Notes under the pieces: generated by a model
Database searches by the model: none
What the model was told of the DNA's origin: nothing
What the model saw: only the letters and a program-made list of their open reading frames with translations
Made by a program: the position numbers and the translations under genes
From: Desulfofustis sp.
Lineage (GTDB): Bacteria > Desulfobacterota > Desulfobulbia > Desulfobulbales > Desulfocapsaceae
Length of the DNA: 63,054 nt
Direction of reading: 5' to 3'
Assembly: GCA_013042475.1 (NCBI GenBank)
Contig: JABDQA010000028.1
Span: 1-63,054 of the forward strand
Shown: piece after piece, positions 20,127-27,473 of the stretch
Position numbering within the stretch: position 1 is the stretch's first letter
How the letters are laid out: the number at the start of each line of letters is the position of its first letter

Positions 20127-21056
20127 TCAACTCTCCCTGACCGAGCCGCTGTCATTTTTCTTGCGGGATCTGGGGCGGCCACGTTTACGGTTATTGTTTT
20201 TCCGTCCCTTTCCCGGCTTATAGATCAGCACTTTCTTAAACAATCCCTCACCGACGCTTCTGCTGCGGATGTCGGGATCATCCTGCAAAGCGACATGCAC
20301 CACCCGCCGCTCCGACGGGTTGAGCGATGAAATAACCTGAGTTTTACCGTCTTCCTTAACCAGTGCCGCGTACTCTATGGCACGTTCTTTCAATTCTTGG
20401 AAGCGCTTCTCACGGAAGTCACCCACGTCAATGGTAAGCTGAATCCTTCCTGTAATTTTCTTTGATACAATTTTCCTGAGCAGATACTGGAGACTGTCGA
20501 GTACGCGCCCGTCCTGGGAGGTCAGTACTTCCTGGTGCTCATCGCTGACCTTGCAATGGGCAGTGCCTTCTTCTGCTTGGACCGTAACAGTTGAGGGACA
20601 CTCCATCAATGCGAGAATGCTGGTCAATTCATCCCTTACGATTGCTATGGTGTCCTCTGACAATTCGGCTACTGGTTTGGCGGTGTCCCCATTATCGTTC
20701 AATTCGTCGTCCCCGGGAGACGGATCGACGACCGGCTCGGGTTGGGGAACCTTTTCCGGCTCAGCTTTAGGTTCCTTGGCCTGCTTTTCTCTCGAGCTGC
20801 GAGCAGGCTTCTTCTTGCCATTCTGTTTAGCGGGTGCAGCCTGTTTTTCAGGGCTCGGTTCGACCGCTTCTTCCTCAATCGCCTGTATTTTGACCCTGAT
20901 GTGGGCCTTCTGCCGAATCAGACCGAAAATACCCTTCGATCCGGTTTCCAGTACTTCTATGGTGAGATTTTCTTGGGCAACGCCAAATTCTTCACAGGCC
21001 TTTTTGATCGCCGCTGCTACATTTTTTCCGTAAAAATCTTTAGTTTCCGATGACAT
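20127..21056 (-). CDS. khpB: Jag/KhpB-type RNA-binding protein (Jag_N, KH, R3H)
   Basis: Jag_N start (FYGKNVAAAIKKACEEFGV), an acidic/Lys-Pro-rich linker, a C-terminal R3H-like PSERRVVHVALQDDPDIRSRSVGEG, and a basic tail. It holds the conserved position after yidC. Confidence 0.85.
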   Translation of the reverse strand: MSSETKDFYGKNVAAAIKKACEEFGVAQENLTIEVLETGSKGIFGLIRQKAHIRVKIQAIEEEAVEPSPEKQAAPAKQNGKKKPARSSREKQAKEPKAEPEKVPQPEPVVDPSPGDDELNDNGDTAKPVAELSEDTIAIVRDELTSILALMECPSTVTVQAEEGTAHCKVSDEHQEVLTSQDGRVLDSLQYLLRKIVSKKITGRIQLTIDVGDFREKRFQELKERAIEYAALVKEDGKTQVISSLNPSERRVVHVALQDDPDIRSRSVGEGLFKKVLIYKPGKGRKNNNRKRGRPRSRKKNDSGSVRES

Positions 21057-21109
21057 GTACTATCCCTGGTTGGTGTTATTCCACCATGGCTTCTGCGCTG
21101 CTCATTTGA

Positions 21110-22780
21110 TCAACTGGCGACTGGAGCGGGTTTTTTCTGCCGGTTGATCAGATACTGTTGAAGGATTGAGAGCAGGTTGTTGATAAACCAGTAGAGAACC
21201 AGACCAGAGGCAAAATTGACGAACATCACCGTGAAGATCAGTGGCAGGAACATCATTATTTTAGCCTGGGTCGGGTCTGCCGTGGTGGGGGTCATTTTCT
21301 GTTGCAGGAACATCGAGGCGCCCATCAGCAGGGTGAGAACCGGCAAGCCGCCCAGGTAGGGTATGTCGAAGCCCAGGTAGAGCCGGTCGGGCGCGGAGAG
21401 GTCATTTATCCACAACATGAACGGTGCGTGGCGCAGCTCGATGGATTGCAGCAGTACTTTATAGAGCGAAAAAAACACTGGGATCTGTAGAATCATCGGC
21501 AGACAGCCTCCCAGTGGGTTGACCTTGTAGGTTTTATAGAGATTCATCATCTCCGCATTCATCTTGGTCGGATCGTCTTTATATTTCTCCTTGAGCTTCA
21601 CCACCTTGGGCTGCAGTTTCTGCATGTTCTTCATCGATTTCAGCCCTTTCTGGGTGATTGGCCAGAAGATCGCCTTGAGGATGATGGTGACCAGGATGAT
21701 GGCGACCCCATAATTATGGGCTACCGAGTAAAACCAGTTGAGTAGGTAGAGCATCGGCTTGGCGATCACGTCGAACCAGCCAAAGTAGACTATTTTTCCT
21801 AGGTTGAAGCCGATTTCGTTAAGCAGAGTTAATTTTTTTGGCCCATAGAAGAGCTTGTAGTCATAGGAATTAGACGCCCCGGGCGCCAGAGTCTCGAGCT
21901 CAGCCAGAAGGTCGATGGTAACCAGCTCATCGTCAGCGTCCATGGTGATCGACTGGGATGTTTCTGTCGGAATGATGCCAGTCATGAAATAGGTTCCTTC
22001 ATAGGCAACCCAGTCAAAGGCACCTTGTAACGTCTGCGGACCGTCCTCAAACTCTTTGAGTTTGAATTGCTGGTGGCCGGCTTCGCCATACATTGAGGGG
22101 CCACGGAACAGCCAGTTGCTGGCTTTGGTTAGCTCGCTGAAGGGTAAGTTGCTCTGGTGCAGAGCAGCGCCACCCTGGAGTACCTGGCCGCTCTTATTGA
22201 CCACCGTAGTCTGATGTTCGATCAGATAATTTGTCTGGTGGAAATGATAGGTCCGGATTACCTCGAGCCCATTGGCGCTTGCCGCTCGCATGGTGAGTGT
22301 CGCCTTATTGGTGGCGGAGTCGAATTCTATGTCCGTTCTGTCAAAAGTGTAAAGCATGTTCCTGTCGACCACCGAGCCCCAGGAAAAACTGAGCGGATAT
22401 CCCTGGGTCTGGTCGGTTTGGACGAGGTTGACAGCGGGAGAGTCCTCAGCTTTTTCCTGACGGAAATCTTTAAGCAGAAAACTGGTGATCACTCCGCCCT
22501 TCTCACTTATTGTCGCCGTGTAGAGTTCATTGTCGATTTTAATCTCTTGGGCTGGCCGTTGATCAACAACTGCAGGAACTGCCGGGGTGGCGGATTGGCT
22601 TTGGATTTGAGGTGGTGGGGCTGTTACCTGTGGCTGGGCTGGTTGTTGTTCTGGCTGAGGCTGGACGGCGGTTTGTTCGGGCTCGACCTGCTGCTGGGTG
22701 GGGCCGATGAAAAAATATTGATAGCCCAGTAAAATAACAAACGATATTAAGATAGCCAGAAAGGCTCTGTACATGTCCAT
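21110..22780 (-). CDS. yidC: membrane protein insertase YidC
   Basis: 556 aa with an N-terminal TM segment, a large periplasmic domain, and the C-terminal 60-kDa IMP core (PLGGCLPMILQIPVFFSLY, LVLYWFINNLLSILQQ). Confidence 0.95.
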   Translation of the reverse strand: MDMYRAFLAILISFVILLGYQYFFIGPTQQQVEPEQTAVQPQPEQQPAQPQVTAPPPQIQSQSATPAVPAVVDQRPAQEIKIDNELYTATISEKGGVITSFLLKDFRQEKAEDSPAVNLVQTDQTQGYPLSFSWGSVVDRNMLYTFDRTDIEFDSATNKATLTMRAASANGLEVIRTYHFHQTNYLIEHQTTVVNKSGQVLQGGAALHQSNLPFSELTKASNWLFRGPSMYGEAGHQQFKLKEFEDGPQTLQGAFDWVAYEGTYFMTGIIPTETSQSITMDADDELVTIDLLAELETLAPGASNSYDYKLFYGPKKLTLLNEIGFNLGKIVYFGWFDVIAKPMLYLLNWFYSVAHNYGVAIILVTIILKAIFWPITQKGLKSMKNMQKLQPKVVKLKEKYKDDPTKMNAEMMNLYKTYKVNPLGGCLPMILQIPVFFSLYKVLLQSIELRHAPFMLWINDLSAPDRLYLGFDIPYLGGLPVLTLLMGASMFLQQKMTPTTADPTQAKIMMFLPLIFTVMFVNFASGLVLYWFINNLLSILQQYLINRQKKPAPVAS

Positions 22781-22852
22781 GATGTTCGCTGGATTCTTGT
22801 TTGCTGCCGTCAGGGAGTCTGGTTGTAGAGACGTCGGGGTCTCTGGTATCGG

Positions 22853-23086
22853 CTAGATCGGGTCGTAGCCGCCACTGGACAAGGGGTGACAGCGGAGCAC
22901 GCGCCACAAACCTTTACCAGTGCCCTTGATGGCACCGTACTTAGTGATTGCCTCTAAAGTGTAAGCAGAACAGGTTGGATAGAATCGACAGGCAGGAGGA
23001 AGCAGAGGTGATAAGAGATATTTGTATCCCCTGATCAGCCCTATCAGGAATCGGGCTGCCAGGTTATTTGTATTGTTGTGTACCAT
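22853..23086 (-). CDS. yidD: membrane protein insertion efficiency factor YidD
   Basis: 77 aa. YKYLLSPLLPPACRFYPTCSAY is the YidD signature. Confidence 0.9.
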   Translation of the reverse strand: MVHNNTNNLAARFLIGLIRGYKYLLSPLLPPACRFYPTCSAYTLEAITKYGAIKGTGKGLWRVLRCHPLSSGGYDPI

Positions 23087-23087
23087 A

Positions 23088-23432
23088 TTATCGTTGTGGG
23101 GTGGATACGAGATTTATCACCGCTTCTGTAATTGAATCTGGAGAATTAAGCGAAAAATCTGGTCGCACAGTGACCACAATATCTGCATCGAGGGGGTATA
23201 CCCCTCGGTTCAGCCGAAACGACTCTTTGAATATCCGTTTAATTCGGTTCCTGTTAACCGCTCCTTTCAACTGTCTGCTGATGCTTATTCCCATGCGGCT
23301 GTGTCCACGATCGTTGGCGAGATAGATGATGGAGAAGCCTTTGCCGTGCAGCCGCGTGCCGTGCCTGTAAACCGTTTCGAATTCCCAGTTCTTCCGCAAC
23401 AAGCAATATTTCGGAAGACCAAACTGCCGCAA
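23088..23432 (-). CDS. rnpA: ribonuclease P protein component
   Basis: 114 aa basic protein in the conserved rpmH-rnpA position (AVNRNRIKRIFKESFR). Confidence 0.9.
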   Translation of the reverse strand: MRQFGLPKYCLLRKNWEFETVYRHGTRLHGKGFSIIYLANDRGHSRMGISISRQLKGAVNRNRIKRIFKESFRLNRGVYPLDADIVVTVRPDFSLNSPDSITEAVINLVSTPQR

Positions 23433-23437
23433 TGAGA

Positions 23438-23575
23438 TCAGGCGGAAAGTCGTTTGCGGCCCTTGGCTCTGCGGGCGTTAATAATGGCACGGCCGGCTTT
23501 GGTGCTCATCCGGGCACGAAAGCCATGGCCTCTTTTGCGTTTTATATTGCTCGGTTGAAACGTTCTCTTGCTCAT
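23438..23575 (-). CDS. rpmH: 50S ribosomal protein L34
   Basis: Not in the ORF track because it is under 60 aa. My translation of the minus strand gives [45 protein letters not shown] (45 aa), the canonical L34. ATG at 23573-23575, TGA at 23438-23440. Confidence 0.93.
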   Translation of the reverse strand: MSKRTFQPSNIKRKRGHGFRARMSTKAGRAIINARRAKGRKRLSA

Positions 23576-23850
23576 TTTTTACATCCTCTTGGGGTGTCCC
23601 TGTCGGCTGGAAGATCTGGAGACACCGCTTTAAGCGCATATAAGCGCCATGATATCGATATGTTACATGGCTCCTTAAAGGTCAGGTACCATGCCGGTAA
23701 TAGCGCATTTAGCAAAATAAATTAAATAACCACAGATAACTTACTGTGTCAAATGATTTCACTGATTGGACCGCAGATCCTGTTGAAGAAAAGGGACCGC
23801 TGTGCTAGGCTGGACGCGGCTCAGCACCGATTCATCCAAAAGGAGAGAGT

Positions 23851-25044
23851 ATGCTGCTTGACGAGGCTCTAGATCTGATACTTAGCCATGCAAAGGTTTC
23901 CGGTCGGCAAGAACTACCGCTGGCAGACTGCTTTGGCCGGGTTTGTTGCCGAGACAATAACGCCAATCATCCACTTCCCGGATATGACCAGTCGGCCAGG
24001 GACGGTTACGCCGTATGTGGCCCGGGCAGCTCCAGTGACGGGAAGCACCAGACGTTTCCCATCAAGGGTGAAATACAGGCGGGACTCTGTCATGAGATTA
24101 CTATTGGATCAGGAGAGGCCTATCAAATAATGACCGGAGGGTTGCTGCCAATCGGTACAGAACGAGTCATTGCCCAGGAAGACTGTCAGATCGCAGGTGC
24201 TGAACTGATTGTCGGGAATACCATGCTTTGCAGCTCGGCTCTCAATATCCGTACCCGTGGCGGTGAATATCAGCTCGGAGCACAGCTGGTGGATGCAGGT
24301 ACCAGGTTGAACGAGTCCCATCTGGCATTGCTGGCTGCCGCAGGCAATCACCTGATTGAGGTATTCGAACGGCCCAGGGTGGCATTTTTCTGCAGTGGAA
24401 GTGAGCTGGTAATGGCCGATGAACAGGTGAAAAACGGTCAGAAATATTCGTCCAACCATTTACTTCTGGAGAGCCTGGTAAAAAAATTCGGCGGTCAGGC
24501 CAAGGGGTTTGGCGTAGTAGCCGACGAGCGGGTGGCGATCGGAGAATTGCTTCAAACCATAAAAGATTCCAATGCCGATATCGTGATCAGCACCGGTGGC
24601 GTCGGTCCTGGCAAATTTGATCTGTTTGGGGAACTGCTCCCTGATTGTGGAGCCCAAATACTATATCAGTCGTTGCATATACGTCCCGGCAGATCGACCC
24701 TGTTTGGCCTTCTCGACGATAAGCTCTATTTTGGACTTCCCGGCCCCCCGACCGCGGTACGAGTTCTCTTTCTCGAACTGCTCTGTCCCTTGCTCAGGAA
24801 AATGCAGGGTATGCGATTTTTTCACAATCAGAGGCTTCAAGCCGCTCTGGATCACCCAATTTCGCTCAAATCTTCACGAGCAATATGTTTCAAAGAAGGG
24901 GTGTATCGCCATGATGGAGGACGCGTCGTGGTCGGCTACCCTTGCGAACGACAGACTCCGAATTGCTCAATAATGATAATGCCGGGCAGAGTTTCTTATG
25001 ATAAGGGCGACCAGGTACTCGTGAGCATTGCGCAAACGGATTAA
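23851..25044 (+). CDS. moeA: molybdopterin molybdotransferase MoeA
   Basis: 397 aa. The PLPGYDQSARDGYAV, IMTGGLLP and ISTGGVGPGKFD motifs match the MoeA/gephyrin E-domain pattern. Confidence 0.9.
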   Translation: MLLDEALDLILSHAKVSGRQELPLADCFGRVCCRDNNANHPLPGYDQSARDGYAVCGPGSSSDGKHQTFPIKGEIQAGLCHEITIGSGEAYQIMTGGLLPIGTERVIAQEDCQIAGAELIVGNTMLCSSALNIRTRGGEYQLGAQLVDAGTRLNESHLALLAAAGNHLIEVFERPRVAFFCSGSELVMADEQVKNGQKYSSNHLLLESLVKKFGGQAKGFGVVADERVAIGELLQTIKDSNADIVISTGGVGPGKFDLFGELLPDCGAQILYQSLHIRPGRSTLFGLLDDKLYFGLPGPPTAVRVLFLELLCPLLRKMQGMRFFHNQRLQAALDHPISLKSSRAICFKEGVYRHDGGRVVVGYPCERQTPNCSIMIMPGRVSYDKGDQVLVSIAQTD

Positions 25045-25105
25045 GCTCGCCATTGAAGAATTGCAGTATATATTCGATAAAATTATATCAAGCGCAATAA
25101 AAAAA

Positions 25106-25150
25106 AATGGTGGTTGACGACTCTCACGCTGTCGCCCACCACCATTTAAT
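25106..25150. terminator. intrinsic terminator hairpin, possibly bidirectional
   Basis: AATGGTGGT (25106-25114) pairs with ACCACCATT (25138-25146). An A7 run precedes the hairpin and TTTAATTTTATT follows it. It lies 60 nt after the moeA stop. Confidence 0.6.
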
Positions 25151-25160
25151 TTTATTAATA

Positions 25161-25301
25161 GAGCCTTTTGCAAAACTAAGATTTTCGTTCAAAATCAAGG
25201 CATGCGAAAAATTTTACCACAGGCATATGATTGATATTCCGAGGATAAAATTTCGAGCATAACGCAGAGTTTAAGCGAAAAGATCGTTTTGCAAATGGCT
25301 C
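25161..25301 (+). repeat. copy A of a roughly 125-140-nt imperfect-palindrome repeat family
   Basis: The terminal arm GAGCCTTTTGCAAAAC..GATTTTCG pairs with CGAAAAGATCGTTTTGCAAATGGCTC. The inner arm GAAAAATTTTACC pairs with GGATAAAATTTC. The core AAATTTTACCACAGGCATAT..ATATTCCGAGG is shared with copy B (reverse strand, 51911-52036) and, more loosely, with copy C. Confidence 0.8.
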
Positions 25302-25334
25302 AATAGAATCTTCTTGGGTCGAATAGTTAATTAA

Positions 25335-25667
25335 CTATTTTTCAACAAGCGTAAGGTTGATTCTATTCTTGAAAATTTTCACGGTAAAAGTGTCGCCCGG
25401 CTTAAAACCTGATTCAGAAAGCACTTTTGAAGACAGGCTTAGCGTTTGATTTTTTCCTATTTTTACAGTAATTTGCCGTTTCTTTGTTGTCTTTTTCGGT
25501 TCTTTTACCTGATAATATTTCTTATCTTCATCCATCAGTTTCAGCATTAGATTGTTGAAGGTTGGATGATTTTTTATATCCATATCCTTCATGATCTCGA
25601 TTTTGGATTTACCATTTACCACAAGTTCTCTGAAATCATTAAGGTCGTATTTTGTTTTACGGGCCAT
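25335..25667 (-). CDS. small DNA-binding protein with a C-terminal AbrB/MazE/SpoVT-like swapped-hairpin domain
   Basis: 110 aa, strongly AT-rich and Lys-rich. The C-terminal VKIGKNQTLSLSSKVLSESGFKPGDTFTVKIFKNRINLTLV fits the AbrB-fold pattern. There is a basic linker KEPKKTTKKRQ. I do not recognise the N-terminal roughly 55 aa. Confidence 0.55.
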   Translation of the reverse strand: MARKTKYDLNDFRELVVNGKSKIEIMKDMDIKNHPTFNNLMLKLMDEDKKYYQVKEPKKTTKKRQITVKIGKNQTLSLSSKVLSESGFKPGDTFTVKIFKNRINLTLVEK

Positions 25668-25894
25668 TTTTTCCTCTCATTAAGTTGTTAACATTGGAAA
25701 TTCACTCAATTGATCTTGATAATATTAACAAGTAACAAAATTTAAATGCAATCCTAATATATATATGCCTGCAAATAATTCAATATAGTTTTTATAAAAA
25801 AATAAGGAATATTTGTAACGAATTAGTATTTAATAAACGCAATAATGATGGAAAATTGTTGTATAACAAAGAGTTATGGAAAGGAAAAATTATG

Positions 25895-26029
25895 GGTACA
25901 TTTAGAAATCAGAAATTTTGTCTAAGATCATGTTCTGTGTCGAAATTGAAGCGCAGGCCGGATTGTTTTTCCGAGGATACAGATTAACGCGCAACGCAAA
26001 GAATAAAACCAAAGATAATATTCAGGGCT
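25895..26029 (+). repeat. copy C (diverged) of the palindromic repeat family
   Basis: By-eye alignment: AAATTTTGTCTAAGATCATG..GTGTCGAAATT here versus the reverse complement of copy B, AATTTTTGTTTCAAGATCGAGGCGTGCGAGAAATT. GATTGTTTTTCCGAGGATA here versus GATTGATATTCCGAGGATA in copy A. AACGCAAAGAATAAAACCAAAGATA here versus AACGCAGAGTTTAAGCGAAAAGATC in copy A. Same orientation as copy A. Boundaries are approximate. Confidence 0.55.
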
Positions 26030-26032
26030 GTC

Positions 26033-27136
26033 TTAAATAGTGAGTAACTCCCTGTTTAAATCACTAAATGATCTGTTGCCATCTTTTGTGATCAGCACAT
26101 CGTCTTCGATTCTGACGCCGTATTTTCCTTTGAGATAGATTCCTGGCTCAATCGTGAAGCTCATCCCCGGTTTGAGGGGACTCTCGTTGCCATCATGAAT
26201 GTAGGGCTCCTCATGACATTCCATACCGATCCCATGCCCGGTTCGATGACTAAAAAAGGTACCGTATCCTCCCGCCTCGATTACTGATCTGGCAGCATTG
26301 TCCACGGCGCTGCAGGGTATTTCGGGGCGGGCCGCAGTGCGTCCCGCAGCGCTTGCCCTGAGCACAAGTTCATGGATGCGGCGCGCTTCGTGATCGACTT
26401 GACCAATGGCAAACGTCCGGGTCAGATCCGACACATATCCCTGCCATCGGGCACCCCAGTCGATGATCAGCAGATCACCTTGCCGCAGCAACCTTCTTGA
26501 CGGTTTGGCATGGGGGTTGGCGCCGTTCGAGCCGGCCGCGACGATTGGAGAAAAAGGCAGGGGCTGTTCGGAACCCTGCCGGTAGAGCTCGATCACCAGT
26601 TCTGCCGCTACCTGGTGCTCGCTCATGCCGGCTCCAATCCTTGGCAGAATCGCCAGGAGGCTGTCTTGGGCGATGCTGACCGCTTTCTGCATCCGGCTCG
26701 CCTCGGCCGAGTCCTTGAGTGCTCTGCACTGGGAAATCGCTTCGTCTGCATTGGTGTAGGTGGTGGATGGCGACGCAGTTTCCAGATAGCCATATTCGAG
26801 CATTCTTAATTGCCGGGGCTCGAAACCTATTTTCAGTCCTGGCAGTCCTATTTGGCGACATGCCGAGTCGAAACTCTCCTGCCAGCGTGAGGGGTTGTCG
26901 TGATAACTGATCGCCTCTAAATCAAAATCTACCGTATCAAGTTTCTGTTCCTCCAGGGCGGGCACGACGATGAGGGGCTTTTCCCCGGCCACCAGCAGAA
27001 ACACCACCGGTCTTTCCATCAGGTGAAATTGAAGTCCACTGAAATAGGCGAGGCTTGGTCCGGCATTGAGGACCAGACCGTCACATCCGCGCTCTTTCAG
27101 GGCGTTAAGGACTTTCTGCTGTCGCTTCTGATACAT
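26033..27136 (-). CDS. M24 family Xaa-Pro peptidase (aminopeptidase P / prolidase-like)
   Basis: Creatinase-like N-domain plus the M24 core (DWGARWQGYVSDLTRTF, HRTGHGIGMECHEEP, SFTIEPGIY, RIEDDV). The start is moved to the ATG at 27134-27136 (MYQKRQQKVLNALKERG), which has GGGAG upstream. Confidence 0.85.
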   Translation of the reverse strand: MYQKRQQKVLNALKERGCDGLVLNAGPSLAYFSGLQFHLMERPVVFLLVAGEKPLIVVPALEEQKLDTVDFDLEAISYHDNPSRWQESFDSACRQIGLPGLKIGFEPRQLRMLEYGYLETASPSTTYTNADEAISQCRALKDSAEASRMQKAVSIAQDSLLAILPRIGAGMSEHQVAAELVIELYRQGSEQPLPFSPIVAAGSNGANPHAKPSRRLLRQGDLLIIDWGARWQGYVSDLTRTFAIGQVDHEARRIHELVLRASAAGRTAARPEIPCSAVDNAARSVIEAGGYGTFFSHRTGHGIGMECHEEPYIHDGNESPLKPGMSFTIEPGIYLKGKYGVRIEDDVLITKDGNRSFSDLNRELLTI

Positions 27137-27473
27137 GGCGACACTCCCTAAAAAGATTAAAATTGTGAAACCAGGCTGCAGCTGCCACCATAAACTCGAT
27201 CCGCCCCTTGCATGCACCTTTGCTCGCAGCGGTGAGTTCTCAAAGTCTGCCAGTCTGCTCCCCGCTTTCTTCCTGATTGGCGTCTTTAGACTTTCATCGC
27301 TATGTATAGCACAGTTTCCCGGCCGGGCCATGGCAAAACGAAGGGACCATAGAGCGCCTCCGGGTTGACTTCGGAGCTGGAGCAGGCTATTAGATTGAAG
27401 GCTACCTTGAAAAATTCTAATTTTACAAGGTACTCTGGCGGATACCCTGATATCTCATTGAGTCCAGGATAGG

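Noticed and set aside
23576-23850. Expected oriC/dnaA next to the rpmH-rnpA-yidC-mnmE-mnmG block.
   Set aside because: moeA, not dnaA, lies divergent from rpmH. The 275-bp spacer contains no TTATCCACA-type DnaA boxes (the nearest string is TTATCTGTGG) and no AT-rich 13-mer cluster. There is no support for an origin here.
25892-25987. 31-codon ORF with an AAGGAAA SD-like sequence and three Cys residues (MGTFRNQKFCLRSCSVSKLKRRPDCFSEDTD) in the AT-rich islet.
   Set aside because: It lies entirely inside repeat copy C. The corresponding frames in copies A and B are not open in the same way, so the ORF is most likely fortuitous.
25161-26029. Integron gene cassette with attC sites.
   Set aside because: I found no GTTRRRY/RYYYAAC core sites at the repeat ends. 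There is no intI or attI nearby. The enclosed gene has its own long AT-rich upstream region rather than being promoterless.
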